Source: Candidatus Bathyarchaeota archaeon (GTDB taxonomy: Archaea; Thermoproteota; Bathyarchaeia; 40CM-2-53-6). From it: a stretch of DNA of 64,000 nt. Below are positions 40,040 to 51,627 of the stretch, piece by piece (position 1 is the stretch's first letter; each line of letters starts with the position of its first letter). The notes beneath the pieces were generated by a model. It did no database searches. It saw only the letters and a list, made by a program, of their open reading frames with translations, and was not told where the DNA came from. The stretch spans positions 480,001-544,000 of the forward strand of contig CAVSBL010000002.1 of the NCBI GenBank assembly GCA_963726255.1, written 5' to 3'. The position numbers were made by a program, and so were the translations under genes.

Positions 40040-41992
40040 TTACTTCAGCTCGCTAACTACCGATGTGCCGGCTATGTTCTGGACTACGATCACGTGGCTG
40101 TTCTCGGTGACGTTGACCTGTCCTGGCGTTATGGCCACATACTGCCCTCCAGTCATGGCCCCGGAGCTTGACATGATCAACTGCGTGACGAGTTCACGGT
40201 TCTTAGGGTCCATGTGAACGTCAAACTCGTCGATCGCCCTGAATGGGGAGGTGATGTGTTGTTGGAGCCCTAGCAGGAAGGCCATCATTGCTATGCTGCG
40301 CTCTCCGCCACTCTGCGTGAAGGCGTCGAGGGCGGTGGGTTTGTTTCCCTTGAACCCAACCATTATTTCCACACCACATTTCTCAATATCTCTGGAGGAT
40401 ACGAGCCGAATAGAACCGGTAGCGCCAACGGTTCCTAGGATTTCGTTATAGCGGCCGGTCAATTGTTCTAGGAAGGATGAGAGCACGTCCCGCCATCGGG
40501 AGAGGCGCTTATCAAGCTCCGTTAGAACCTCCTGGCGGTTCTGCGCAACTTGGTCGGCCTTCTGCTTCAGCTCTTCGTAGACCTTCGCGTAGGACGAGTA
40601 CATCTTTTCGACATCTGCCGAGAGCGTTGACAATGGCCTCATCTGCTCTTCGACGGCACCGATTTCCAGCATTATCTCAAGGTTCTTTCTCGGCGATTCC
40701 ACGGCGGCGCCAGTCTTCTCCGCTGCGGCAACCATCGGGTCCAACTCTTCTTTGGCGAGACGAACTTGGGCTTGGAGGTCTGCTACTTCCTCTGTGAGGA
40801 GTTTCCTCTTGAACCCTGAAACCTCATACTCCACGTTCGTGTCGATGAGCCTTGTGAGCGCATCTTCGAGGCGGCCGCTGGTGTCAGCTAGTTTTTCGTT
40901 GAGCGAGGACATTTTCTCCTTCACTCTCGCCAGCTTGCCCTGCGACTCCTCAGCCGTCTCCCGCCAAGAGTTCTTCATCTTGTCGAGTGATTGTAAGGGA
41001 GGTTTAGGCGGCTGTGCCTCTTGCTCGGCCTCAACGGATTGGAAGTTCTGAAGGAGGTTTGTAGTCCATTCGATGTTCAGCTCATGTGTTGTGAGTTGCT
41101 TCACGAGGTCAACCCGTGAATCTTCGAGTTCCATTCGTCCAAGGTTTAATTCGTCAAACTTTGCCTGGCGTTTCTTCTTCGACTCCGCGAGCTCTTGGAT
41201 TTTGTTCTCAATCGATTGTAAAGCTCGCGTCTTCGATTCAATTCTGGCTTCGATGTGAGTTAATGCTTCCTTCTTCCTCTGGATCCGGCTCCACAAGAGT
41301 TCCCTCTTGAGGTTTTCCAGTTTCGTTTCCAGCTGCTGTTTCTGCAAGTAGCGCTCGTACTCACGCTTCCAATAATCATGAGTCTCCTTAGTGGATTCAA
41401 GAACCTGGGCGAGGGATTGCTCTTCGCTTGCGACACTTTCTAGGCGCTGTCTGGCGTCAATGACTTCTTCTCTATATGATTCGAAACCAACGGCTTCCTC
41501 AAGCATCTTCAACTTGTCTTGGGCGGTTACGGCGGCGAAGCGGCCGACCATGAACTGGTGCATGATGACTAGTATGTTGTCGGGGTTCAAGCCGAGGGAA
41601 AGAAAGGCGTCGGTGATTGCTGATTTAGGCGCTGGCTTGTTCTGGAGGAGATAGTAGTACGTGCCTGTGCTCTTGATTACTCGCGTGATGGTGACGAGGT
41701 CGGTGTGGAAGCGGGGGAATGGGCGTCTCTCGCCTGTATTATCGAGGATTAGTGTGACTCGGGCTTCGTCGTGTCCCCACTTTACAAGATCGCTCAACCG
41801 CTTGGACCGTTCAGTGTAAGCTTGGCCCAGAACTACGGAAACCGCAAGGAGGATGGAGGATTTTCCGGCTCCGTTCGGGCCACAAATGAGGTTCAGCCCG
41901 GGCTCTAACGGGACGTATGAGTTTTCGTAGGACATGAAATTTGTGAGCACTACGCCTTTTATCATCTGAGCCGAGCTACCGTTTGAAACCAT
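40040..41992 (-). CDS. short SMC-family ATPase (ClsN/Smc5-6-like)
   Basis: NFMSY, GPNGAGKSS, coiled coil, QSGGERS and IDEFDVHMD. 650 aa with no obvious hinge. Confidence 0.88.
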   Translation of the reverse strand: MVSNGSSAQMIKGVVLTNFMSYENSYVPLEPGLNLICGPNGAGKSSILLAVSVVLGQAYTERSKRLSDLVKWGHDEARVTLILDNTGERRPFPRFHTDLVTITRVIKSTGTYYYLLQNKPAPKSAITDAFLSLGLNPDNILVIMHQFMVGRFAAVTAQDKLKMLEEAVGFESYREEVIDARQRLESVASEEQSLAQVLESTKETHDYWKREYERYLQKQQLETKLENLKRELLWSRIQRKKEALTHIEARIESKTRALQSIENKIQELAESKKKRQAKFDELNLGRMELEDSRVDLVKQLTTHELNIEWTTNLLQNFQSVEAEQEAQPPKPPLQSLDKMKNSWRETAEESQGKLARVKEKMSSLNEKLADTSGRLEDALTRLIDTNVEYEVSGFKRKLLTEEVADLQAQVRLAKEELDPMVAAAEKTGAAVESPRKNLEIMLEIGAVEEQMRPLSTLSADVEKMYSSYAKVYEELKQKADQVAQNRQEVLTELDKRLSRWRDVLSSFLEQLTGRYNEILGTVGATGSIRLVSSRDIEKCGVEIMVGFKGNKPTALDAFTQSGGERSIAMMAFLLGLQQHITSPFRAIDEFDVHMDPKNRELVTQLIMSSSGAMTGGQYVAITPGQVNVTENSHVIVVQNIAGTSVVSELK

Positions 41993-42222
41993 GGTTGCCT
42001 TCTGCTGCGTAAAAAACGTTCAGGGATTTTGGGACCCTTCTCCATGGACGCTTCTTATTCTCCATGAGTTCATGCGATTTTGAAATTCCGAAAAATACAT
42101 TCCGCGCTGCATTTGTTCACAATAGAGTAAAGACAAATTATATTGAACGAAAAAACTGCGGCGTACGTTTAAATATGATAGTAACCTCACAAATCAACGA
42201 CGGCGGGAGTGACGTAGAAAGT

Positions 42223-42453
42223 TTGCGCAGGCTCGGCAAAATTCTTCATCTTTCGAGCAGCCGTAGCCTCATAGTGAAATGCGACGAAGCCCGCTTCGTC
42301 AAATTGGGCACCCGAGCTTGTGATAGCAAACTCAAGGAGATAGGAAAAGTCCAAGACCTATTCGGACCCATATCCTCCCCTTACATCTCGATCAGACCCT
42401 TGGGTCCTTCGCCTGCCAAGTATGTAGGGCGGATTGCTTACTCCTTGGATTAG
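42223..42453 (+). CDS. gar1: H/ACA RNP subunit Gar1
   Basis: LRRLGKILH...IGKVQDLFGP...PY. It is upstream of TFB, a conserved synteny. Confidence 0.9.
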   Translation: MRRLGKILHLSSSRSLIVKCDEARFVKLGTRACDSKLKEIGKVQDLFGPISSPYISIRPLGPSPAKYVGRIAYSLD

Positions 42454-42466
42454 GGTAGATGAGAAA

Positions 42467-43423
42467 GTGTCTGAAGAAACTGATGGTGGAGTAGGCGAAA
42501 CGCTACATCCCACTCAAAAGGTGCGTGTATGCCCTGAGTGTGGCGGCCCTAAACTGATGCGTGACTACGAAGCCGCTGAAATTGTTTGTATGGCTTGCGG
42601 GTTCGTGATCGACGAAAAGATTGCTGACACGAGGCCTGAATGGCGCGCGTTTGACGACGACCAAAAGGCCAAACGTAGCCGTGTTGGTTCTCCTCTAACG
42701 TATACCATTCATGACAAAGGGCTCTCAACTGTAATCGATTGGCGTGATAGGCGTGTTCTTGGGAAACGGGCAACCGCCGCCCAAAGGCTGGATCTTTACA
42801 AGCTTCGCAAATGGCAGAGCAGGGTGCGGGTGTCGGATGCTACTGAGAGAAACCTTGCAGTTGCTTTGGCTGAACTGACCAAGCTCTCTTCTGCGTTGAA
42901 TCTTCCGAAGAATATTCTGGAAACGGCTTCAGTCATCTACCGTCGGGCAATTAAGAAACGTCTCATTCGGGGAAGGTCAATCCATAATGTAACCGCTGCT
43001 GCCATTTACATGAGTTGCCGGCAATGCGGAGTTCCGCGAACACTTGACGAGATAGCATCATGCTCGAGTCTCAACAAGAAAGACGTCGGTAGGAGCTACA
43101 GGTTCATGGTGCGAGAACTTGAAGCGTTCGTGCCCCCGTCTACGAGCAGGAATTACGCTGCAAGGTTCAGTAACAAACTGGTTATTTCTGGAAAGGCGGA
43201 GGCGATTGCTATTCGCATCCTGGAGATTGCGAAGGAGATGAAGTTGACGAGCGGCAGGGGGCCGACGGGTATCGCTGCCGCAGCCACATACATCGCTACG
43301 GTCCTCACAAACGAACGGAAGACTCAACGTGAGATAGCTGAGATAGCGAATGTGACTGAGGTTACGATTAGAAACAGGTACAAAGAACTGCTTGAGCGTC
43401 TGTTTATCGAAGTTCCGTTGTAA
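42467..43423 (+). CDS. tfb: transcription initiation factor IIB
   Basis: CPECG zinc ribbon, PEWRAF, HDKGLST, cyclin repeats and VTEVTIRNRYKEL. Confidence 0.97.
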   Translation: MSEETDGGVGETLHPTQKVRVCPECGGPKLMRDYEAAEIVCMACGFVIDEKIADTRPEWRAFDDDQKAKRSRVGSPLTYTIHDKGLSTVIDWRDRRVLGKRATAAQRLDLYKLRKWQSRVRVSDATERNLAVALAELTKLSSALNLPKNILETASVIYRRAIKKRLIRGRSIHNVTAAAIYMSCRQCGVPRTLDEIASCSSLNKKDVGRSYRFMVRELEAFVPPSTSRNYAARFSNKLVISGKAEAIAIRILEIAKEMKLTSGRGPTGIAAAATYIATVLTNERKTQREIAEIANVTEVTIRNRYKELLERLFIEVPL

Positions 43424-43435
43424 GATACCCGTAGT

Positions 43436-46400
43436 CTATTGCTTCGCCGTGCTTTTTCCGCCTAATCTTGCTTTCTCGAATAGGCCGAACTCATACGTTT
43501 CTGACCCAATCTGCCACGCCTTAGTGTAGTAGGGAATCTTTGTTTGTTCTCTTTTCGTAGTAATTGTCAGTTGTTTTGCCCGAACTTCCCCGGCGATGTA
43601 ACTTCGCTTACCTTTGAGTAGATTCGCGGCGTTTGCTGACGGTGCGAGGATGTAGGCGTTCACGTACGAGTCCACCTTGAGGTCCATTTCCTTTCGCATT
43701 TGCTGCATGCGCCTTACAGCGTCTCGAGCTAAGCCTTCGGCCAGTTCACTCTTCGTAAGTTTCAGGTCAACGTATACTGAGCCGTCAGCGAATTCGGCTT
43801 TAGCGAAACGTGCGGGTTCTTCGTATTTCGAACTTGCAGCCCTGTCGGTTGAAGTCAGGGTTCTTGTGTTTGCTTGATCAAGAACGAGGGTTGAGTAGGT
43901 CTTCAGGGCCTTTCGCACACGTTTGGAGTCGGTTGCCACCACTATGCGTGGGACAGGTTGCCTTTGTTTCATCGCCTTTTGCATACGGGCTACGGCGACC
44001 GTAGAAATCACATCTTTGGCTGCATTCATCTCTTCCTCAAGGGAGTCGCTGATCCACTTCTCGTCGAATTGTGGCCAGTCAAGCAGGTGTACGGTCTGGG
44101 GGAGTTTCGGTTCAGCGTTCCTGAACATGTGTTGGTAGATTGATTCAGTTAGGAAAGGCGTTATTGGGGTTAGCATTATGAGAGCAGCTTTAAGGGCCGT
44201 ATAGAGGGTTGTGTATGCTGCCAGCTTGTCTCGTGTTTGTTTCTCAACCCATGTTCGGCGCCTGATGAACCTGACGTATGTGTGGCTTAGGTCCTCCACT
44301 AGGAAGGTTTTGAGTTTTCGAACCGCTTCATGGATCTTGTATTCTTCCATTAACGTGGTTGCTTCTTTGATTGTCCGGTGCATTCGGCTTAGGAGCCATC
44401 GGTCCTCAGGGCGCAGGCTGCGCGTGAGTTGCTTCAAAGACATTTTTGGTGAGAACTTGTCTAGGCACATGTATGTGCTCGCGAAGACATAGGTGTTCCA
44501 GAATGTGCTCAAGTCACCGCTGTATTGTTTGACAGCGTCCCATGAGAATCGGAGGTCTTCCCACAACGTGGTCTGGAGAACATAGTAGCGGAATGAGTCT
44601 CGGCCGAATTTCTCTGTAACCTCATTGGCCGTAACGTAGTTGCCTCCTGACTTATGCATTTCACGCCCTTCGGAATCAAGTGCGAAGCCGTGCATCAGGA
44701 CAGTCTTGTATGGTACCTTGCCCATCGTCACCATTCCGCTTTTCAGAAGGGCAAAGAACCACAGCGTTACCTGGTCGCGTCCCTCTACGATGAAATCGGC
44801 AGGCCACCAGTATTTGGTCTCAGAACTATTCTTCGGGTATCCCAAGCATGCCAGTGATGCGCCACCCGAGTCGAACCAAACGTCCATAACGTCCGGCACG
44901 CGGGTCATGTCGGCTCCGCAGTCGCATCTGAACTTTACTTTGTCGATCCAAGGCATGTGCAGGGTTGGCAGGTCCACCGGTGAGGTCGCATTCTCAAGGA
45001 GTTCTTGCTTTGACCCGATGATCTTCCGTTTTCCACAGGACCCACATGTCCACACTGGAAGCGGGGTGCCCCAGAACCTCTGGCGTGAGATCACCCAGTC
45101 TCTCAATGCCCCAAGCCAATTCTTGAACTGGACGGCTCCAGCCCACTCAGGGATCCATAGTGTAGAGTCGACTTCTTTGATGAAGGCATCTTTCTTCTGT
45201 GCGATTCGGATGAGCCATTGGTCGGTCGCGCGGATTATGAGTGGCGTTTTGCAGCGCCAACAAGCGGGGCTTCGGTGTTCTATTTCTTCCCGTGAAGAAG
45301 CATTCCAAGCGATTTCAGATCATCAATTACCTCAGGGTTTGCATCTCTAACGGGTTTCCCTGAGTACTTCCCAGCTTCAGGAGTTAACTTTCCTTGGTCG
45401 TCGACCAGCATTAGGACGGGTAAGCCGTAGCGTACGCCCACTTCGTAATCTTGCTCTCCATGACCTGGTGCGGAGTGAACGCATCCAGTCCCTTCCCCAA
45501 GGACCACGTACTCCTTGCTTAGAACAACTCGGTGAGCATTTTTCAAGTTGCGTTGAGCGGGAACCAAGCTTTCCAGAGGGGAGCGGTAAACCAAACCGTC
45601 AAGTTTCGTTCCAGGGAAACTTTCTAGAAGCTGCATGGTTTGGCCTGAGGCCTTTGCGACCTCTTCTATTCGTTCCTTTGCGAGTATGAACGTCTCCTGT
45701 CCCGATCTAACTCTTGCGTACTCAAAATCTGGGTTCACCATGACGGCCACGTTTGATGGTAGCGTCCAAGGCGTTGTCGTCCAGATCAGTACGAACTCGT
45801 CTTGCTTGCTTTCCACGGGGAACTTCACGTAGATCGATGGGTCTCGAACCATCTTGTACTCTAGGGCAACCTCGTAATCCGAGAGGACCGTTTCATCCTG
45901 AGGGCACCAATGTACGACTCTCTGGCCGTGCTCAAGGAGTCCCTTCGACGCCGCTTGCTTGAAACCCCACCAGCCGCTCTCAACATAGGAATCCAGATGC
46001 GTCATGTAGGGCCGGTCCCAGTCCATCCAGATGCCCAGATCCTGGAAAGCCCTTGTCAGTGAAGCCGAGTTCGTTTCTGAGAATCGTTTGCATTCCGTGA
46101 TGAACCGTTCGAGTCCGAAGCTTTCTATTTCCTTCTTAGTTTTGACGCCAAACTTCTGCTCTATCGCGAGCTCAACGGGCAGGCCATGGCAGTCATAGCC
46201 CGGTTGATCCCTGACATTGAACCCGCACGAACGTTTGTAGCGAATTACAGTGTCCTTCAGAACCTTGCCCCAAGAGGTTCCTATGTGGGGTTGGTCCGCA
46301 CTAGGGAAAGGAGGGCCATCTAGGAAGTAGAATTTTGGATTTTTGGATTTTGCCTTCTTTACTGCTTCGTATGTTTGGTTTTCTTCCCAGAGAGTCTTTA

Positions 46401-46461
46401 CTTCGCTTTCAACTACTTTGGGGTCGTATTGTTTCGGCAGTTCGCCAACGTGCTTGCTCAT
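43436..46461 (-). CDS. ileS: isoleucyl-tRNA synthetase (1-nt frameshift near 45290)
   Basis: DGPP...HIGT, WTTTPWTLP, GTGCVHSAPGHG, CWRC, DWVISRQRFWG and EMHKS. The two ORFs rejoin by adding one G. Confidence 0.95.
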
Positions 46462-46690
46462 TACCGTAACCTCTGCTTGTCGGGTCCTACGAGAATTCCT
46501 GGATGATTTCGCCGCATTGATTGATAACAATGCCAGTAAGTATGCTTCAGAAGCTTACTGTTCGATTTCTCGGTCACCTTTCACCGGCGACACCATCAAC
46601 GCGACTCACGATGCTATAGCTTATTTTAAGTTAACTAACCATTTCGAGACCCTTTTCTGGCTGTGTTCACAATCCTTGGCTGCGATTGCT

Positions 46691-47689
46691 TTGTACTGCC
46701 TGGGAATAGAGTCCACCGCGCATACTTTTGGTGCAAGCGTTGTAACTGACAGTGGGCGGATACTATCTGATTCACGAGACGTTTACGCCTCTGCTCCCGG
46801 GAAGGGGATACATCCGCGTGAGGCGGCTGAGCATCACAGTGAAGTTGCCGCTGGCGTCATCTCGGATTCGTTGAAAAAAGCGGGCAGCGTCAAACCTTCG
46901 GAATTGGACGGCGTCGGCGTCTCTCTAGGGCCCGGGCTCGGCCCATGCCTCAGGGTTGGGGCGACGGTTGCCCGGTCCATATCGGCTTTCTTTGATATTC
47001 CGTTGGTACCCGTGAACCACGCCATTGGCCACATCGAAATTGGGATTCTCACAACAGGCGCCAAAGACCCATTGGTGGTACTCGTTTCTGGAGGTCACAC
47101 AGCAATCGCGGCTTTTTCCGGAGGGAGGTGGAGAATATTCGGGGAGACTGAGGACATTACCATTGGAAACTTATTCGACATGTTCGCGAGAGAGATTGAC
47201 CTGCCATCGCCGGCGGGTCCGCAGATTGAGAAACTAGCAGGAAAGTCATCACATTTCCTAATGCTCCCGTATGTAGTCAAGGGCAATGACGTCTCATACT
47301 CCGGGCTGCTGACGGCTTCCCTTGCGAAGTTTAGGTCCGGCGCAGGCTTGGAGGATGTCTGCTACTCGATGCAAGAGGTCTCCTGCTCGATGCTGGCAGA
47401 AGCCGTTGAACGTAGCTTGGCCTACACGGGCAAGAAGGAAATCCTCCTAACGGGAGGTGTGGCAGCCAATAAAACCTTGAAAGAGAAACTTGAGGCCGTC
47501 GCCGGGCTTCATGACGCCGTCTGCTACGTGGTCGATTCCGCCTATACGGGCGATTGTGGCGCGCAAATCGCGTGGACCGCAATGCTGGCGCTTCAGGCTG
47601 GTTTGGCCACTTCCGCACACGCGGCGCTCGTTAGGCCGAAATGGAGGTTGGAAGATGTCGATATCCCCTGGAGAAATGGCGCAAGCTAG
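46691..47689 (+). CDS. kae1: KEOPS t6A transferase Kae1
   Basis: GIESTAHT, GIHPREAAEHH, GPGLGPCL, NHAIGHIE and GGVAAN. Confidence 0.95.
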   Translation: MYCLGIESTAHTFGASVVTDSGRILSDSRDVYASAPGKGIHPREAAEHHSEVAAGVISDSLKKAGSVKPSELDGVGVSLGPGLGPCLRVGATVARSISAFFDIPLVPVNHAIGHIEIGILTTGAKDPLVVLVSGGHTAIAAFSGGRWRIFGETEDITIGNLFDMFAREIDLPSPAGPQIEKLAGKSSHFLMLPYVVKGNDVSYSGLLTASLAKFRSGAGLEDVCYSMQEVSCSMLAEAVERSLAYTGKKEILLTGGVAANKTLKEKLEAVAGLHDAVCYVVDSAYTGDCGAQIAWTAMLALQAGLATSAHAALVRPKWRLEDVDIPWRNGAS

Positions 47690-48317
47690 ACTCATTTACA
47701 AGGGCGCCGAAGCCGAAATCTACCTCCAAGACTGGCAAGGGGAACTAGCGATCAGAAAGAGCCGTATCCCGAAACCGTACAGGGTATCCGAACTCGATGA
47801 ATCAATACGCCGGATGAGGACAGCCCACGAAGCGAATATGATGCACGAAGTAAGGAAGCTGGGAGTTCCAGTTCCCACAATTCGGCATATTGACCCCGAA
47901 TCGACGACGTTGATTATGGACTATGTAAGGGGGCCCACATTGAAAGAGGAGTTGTACGAGCTCTCGATGTCAAAACGCCGTGAACGCTGTAACTCACTAG
48001 GCAACATAGTCGCAGTAATGCATGAGGGAGGGTTTGTTCATGGGGACATGACAATTTCGAACGTACTATCCGAGGACGGCAAACTGTTCATGATCGATTT
48101 CGGGTTGGGTGATTTCTCGAACGAGATAGAAGATATGGGTGTAGACCTGCTCCTTCTGAACCGGGCGATGAAGAGTACTCACTACTCGTTCCACGCCACC
48201 CTGTTCAATTCCTTCCTGAAAGGCTACGCAAAGACTATCGGCAAAAGGCGAGCGAGGGAGACTTTCCAGAAGATGCGCGAGATTGAGAAGCGGGGCAGAT
48301 ACTTTGAGAGGGGCTAG
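47676..48317 (+). CDS. bud32: KEOPS kinase Bud32
   Basis: GAEAEI, K.R..KPYR, HGDMT, IDFGL and RGRY. Confidence 0.95.
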   Translation: MAQARLIYKGAEAEIYLQDWQGELAIRKSRIPKPYRVSELDESIRRMRTAHEANMMHEVRKLGVPVPTIRHIDPESTTLIMDYVRGPTLKEELYELSMSKRRERCNSLGNIVAVMHEGGFVHGDMTISNVLSEDGKLFMIDFGLGDFSNEIEDMGVDLLLLNRAMKSTHYSFHATLFNSFLKGYAKTIGKRRARETFQKMREIEKRGRYFERG

Positions 48318-48894
48318 CAAGACAGTCTATTTCGCAACAACCAACCGGGGAAAGTTCATTGAAGCCGCCCAGGTCGCTTCACGTTTTGGAATTAGGCTGA
48401 AGCAGTTGCGTGTAGAGAAGCTGGAGATTCAGTCAAACGATTTAGAACTCATTGCCTCCTTCGCAGCTATGTGGGCAGCGCGGTCAAACAAGTGCCCAGT
48501 GGTGGCAGAGGATGCGGGCTTCTTCCTGAAAGCGTTAGGCGGCTTTCCCGGCCCATACTCATCATACGTCTTCAAAACTCTGGGGACGAGTGGAATTCTG
48601 AGACTCATGGAGAACGCAAGGAACAGAAGGGCATCCTTCCGAGCGGCAGTGGCTTTTTGCACCCCTAAGACGCGCCCTTGGTGTTTTACAGGCGTCGTGG
48701 AGGGTCGCGTAAGCAGAAAGGCTAGGGGAACTCACGGCTTCGGTTTCGACCCGATCTTCATCCCCCGGAAGGGAGACGGGCGCACATTCGCTGAGATGGC
48801 CACTGAAGAGAAGAACGCCCTCTCGCACCGTGCCATGGCTTTTGCAGGTTTCTTGAGATGGTTCAAGGCCGAAGAGAAAAGGTTCTCGGGCTAG
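48304..48894 (+). CDS. rdgB: non-canonical purine NTP pyrophosphatase (RdgB/HAM1)
   Basis: FATTNRGK, EDAG, GFPGPYS, GFGFDPIF and EKN..SHR. Confidence 0.95.
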   Translation: MRGASKTVYFATTNRGKFIEAAQVASRFGIRLKQLRVEKLEIQSNDLELIASFAAMWAARSNKCPVVAEDAGFFLKALGGFPGPYSSYVFKTLGTSGILRLMENARNRRASFRAAVAFCTPKTRPWCFTGVVEGRVSRKARGTHGFGFDPIFIPRKGDGRTFAEMATEEKNALSHRAMAFAGFLRWFKAEEKRFSG

Positions 48895-48928
48895 AGCGGT
48901 CACACTAACCTGGGATTGCCGAGTTCGT

Positions 48929-49549
48929 TCAGGTTTGCTTTGACCCACACTCGCCGCAGAACCGTGAACCCGGACGTAGCTCTGCACCGCAGTTTACGCA
49001 GAAACTTGCCTTTCCGGACTTGGCTTTTGGCTTCGTAGCGCTCCGTCCCTTGATGGCCGTTGTCAATACAAAGAGGACTACAACGATCATGACGATTGCA
49101 GCAAGGCCCAGGAACAGCGAATCACTCAACCCGTAAGCTGCGTACGCTGGAGTCATTGCGAAGTTCGTGTACGTTACCTGGACCTGTTGGGTTGTGGCCG
49201 ACTGAGTTGTGAGGGTGACTTGGGAAATCTGCGTGTGTGCCTCGTAAGTCGAGAGTGTTTGGGTGATGGAATAGGTTTGGGTTGGGTAACAGGCCATTGA
49301 GGCTGGGTCACAGAAATAATTGTAGACCATGGACAATCCTGTGGATGTCGAGTATGGAACCCAGCCAGCGCTTGTTGATGAAACCGTACTCCAGTAAACG
49401 TAGTTGCTCGCTGTTGTGCTGGCGAGGGTATCAGTTCTTAGAATAGGCACGGTTACGAGTGGATAGGCTAGCGATCCCAGGCTGAGAACCGCTACCGCTA
49501 GAAGTACGAGAGCGAAGAGCAGGGAGGGTGCAATGCGAGGCATGAGCAA
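48929..49549 (-). CDS. membrane protein with Ser/Thr-rich ectodomain and C-terminal zinc ribbon
   Basis: N-terminal signal/TM, a second TM, and FCVNCG...FCGECG. Confidence 0.75.
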   Translation of the reverse strand: MLMPRIAPSLLFALVLLAVAVLSLGSLAYPLVTVPILRTDTLASTTASNYVYWSTVSSTSAGWVPYSTSTGLSMVYNYFCDPASMACYPTQTYSITQTLSTYEAHTQISQVTLTTQSATTQQVQVTYTNFAMTPAYAAYGLSDSLFLGLAAIVMIVVVLFVLTTAIKGRSATKPKAKSGKASFCVNCGAELRPGSRFCGECGSKQT

Positions 49550-49730
49550 GTCACCTGCCGGACCGGGTAATTACTCTACCTCAACCCCGGAGTACGTTGA
49601 ACGCTCGAATGGAAGTGTAATTTAACCTCCAGGGAAAATGCGAAGTCTCACGCCGTGACGGTCGCGACAAGTTAAATAATCGAGGGGCCGAGGAGGAGGT
49701 AACAATTTCAAGTTTGGAGCACGTAATTCG

Positions 49731-50180
49731 TTGGCAAGGCTTTACACTAGTAAGCGGGGAAGGTCAGGGTCAACCCGCCCCATAAGCAAGAAAGCACCAA
49801 CATGGTGCAAGTATACGCCCGAAGAGGTGGAAGCACTAGTTCTCAAACTATCCCGGGAAGGTAATTCCCCCAGCACCATAGGAATGCTCATGCGTGATCG
49901 CTACGCCGTCCCATTAGTCAAATCACTTACGGGGAAGAATGTGCAGGAGCTGCTGCAAGCAACAAAGCAAGCCGGGGCGCTGCCCGAAGATTTGAGCGCG
50001 CTTCTAAAGAAAGCAGACCACCTTAGGCGCCACCTAGAGAAGAACCGGAAGGATTACGTTAACAAACGTTCCCTAGCTATGGTTGAATCGAAGATTCACC
50101 GCTTAGTTAAGTACTACCGGGCCAAGGGGCAACTTCGACCTGAGTGGCAATACAAACACGTTGTAGCGTCAGTGGCCTAA
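49731..50180 (+). CDS. rps15: 30S ribosomal protein uS15
   Basis: GRSGSTRP, LPEDL..L and ESKIHRLVKYY. Confidence 0.96.
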   Translation: MARLYTSKRGRSGSTRPISKKAPTWCKYTPEEVEALVLKLSREGNSPSTIGMLMRDRYAVPLVKSLTGKNVQELLQATKQAGALPEDLSALLKKADHLRRHLEKNRKDYVNKRSLAMVESKIHRLVKYYRAKGQLRPEWQYKHVVASVA

Positions 50181-51627
50181 TGCCTTCGGAAGGTAACCGT
50201 GAGGCTTTCATCGAACGCGCAAAAGCAGTTTCAAACGTAATCAAAGAGCACCTCCAATCAAACTCATTTTTCATGGTCGTATCCCACCACGACGCGGACG
50301 GCTTGTCATGCGCAGGAATAATGGGCGCCGCCCTAGCACGTGCCAATGCCAGATTCACAATTCGAATAGTCGAGGAATTACGCGAGGAATATGTGGACGA
50401 CATCTCAAAAACAAAACCTGACATCGCAATCTTCACGGACATTGGAAGCGGCTACTTGGACGTCTTGAGTTCCCACCTCGAAGCAAAGGCAACTCTCATA
50501 CTTGATCACCACCCACCAAGCGGCGAGGCGCCCAGCAGAATCACCCAACTAAACCCACATGAGTTCGGAATAGACGGGGCTACCAGGGTGAGCGCAGCAG
50601 GTGTCACTTACCTTGTGACTCGCGCGCTCTCTGAGGCCAACAAGGACTTGAGCGCGCTGGCAATCGTTGGGGCACTCGGCGACATGCAAGATAAGAACGA
50701 AAAAAGGTCGCTATTGGGGTTGAACGAGATACTGGTTGAGGACGGCATTTCATCTGGAAGCGTGAAGGTAGACACGGACCTTGTGGTTTACGGAAGAGAA
50801 ACACGGCCGATTCATAGGTCATTGGCATTCACCACAACTCCCTACATGCCGAACCTGAGCGGCCGCGAAGACAACTGCCTAACACTCCTCTCGAACGCCG
50901 GAATCAAGCTGAAGGAGGGCGACAGATTCCGGACTATAGCTGACCTTAGACAGGATGAAAAACAGACGCTAGTCAACGCCATAATGGGTTACTTATCCTC
51001 CATAGGTTTTCAATCAAGCGTCGTTCTCGACATGGTCGGGTCCGTTTACACATTGGTAAATGAGCCCCCCGGTGGCCCGACGAGGACGCGAGAGAGTTCT
51101 CAGCCTTATTGAACGCCTGCGGCCGCACAGGCAACCCATCCATAGGAGTCAGCGTGGGCATGGGTGATAGGAAAACTGCCCTGGAAGAGGCAAATGAAGT
51201 CGTGGCAGTCTACAGAAAGACGCTTGCAAGTTACATGGAATGGCTAACAAAATCACCTGACGCAATTCAGAAATTCAAAGCAATATGGGTCATTCGCGGG
51301 GAGAACCATATTCAAGAGAGCATGACCGGAGCGTTCTCTTCAATTCTCTCCTCAGCTGGTAACCTCTCATCCGATAACGCAATAATCGTCTTAACGAAAG
51401 CCAAGGACGGCGGGATCAAGCTCTCGGCCAGGGCGCCACCCAAACTGCTGAAGATGGGTGTAAACTTGGGTTCCGCACTCACCATAACGGCGAAGAAGTA
51501 CTCTGGTTTTGGGGGAGGACACAACGTCGCAGCGGGGGCCCACATAAAAGTCGACGACCCCACCCAATTCCTCCAGGATCTTGACCACGCCCTTCTTGAC
51601 CAGATGAAAGAGAATGTTGGAAGCTGA
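50180..51627 (+). CDS. RecJ-like DHH phosphoesterase (1-nt frameshift near 51085)
   Basis: HHDADG, DIGSG, LDHH, GALGDMQ, (D)AREFS.LLNACGR and GGGHNVAAGA, in the conserved S15-DHH-Pcc1-S3ae synteny. Confidence 0.9.

Noticed and set aside
45280-45295. Split ileS as an intron or programmed frameshift
   Set aside because: One base is missing (CAC GG[G] GAA GAA ATA) in a G run. There is no inserted sequence, BHB or slippery heptamer. The gene is essential, so this is most likely a homopolymer sequencing error.
46343-46690. N-terminal extension of Kae1, and similar extensions for Bud32, Gar1 and EcfT
   Set aside because: They overlap neighbouring genes or promoters, and the conserved N-termini begin downstream.
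51078-51112. Split RecJ-like DHH gene
   Set aside because: Adding one G (AGG [G]AC GCG AGA GAG TTC) restores RDAREFS. It is a single-base deletion, not an intron.
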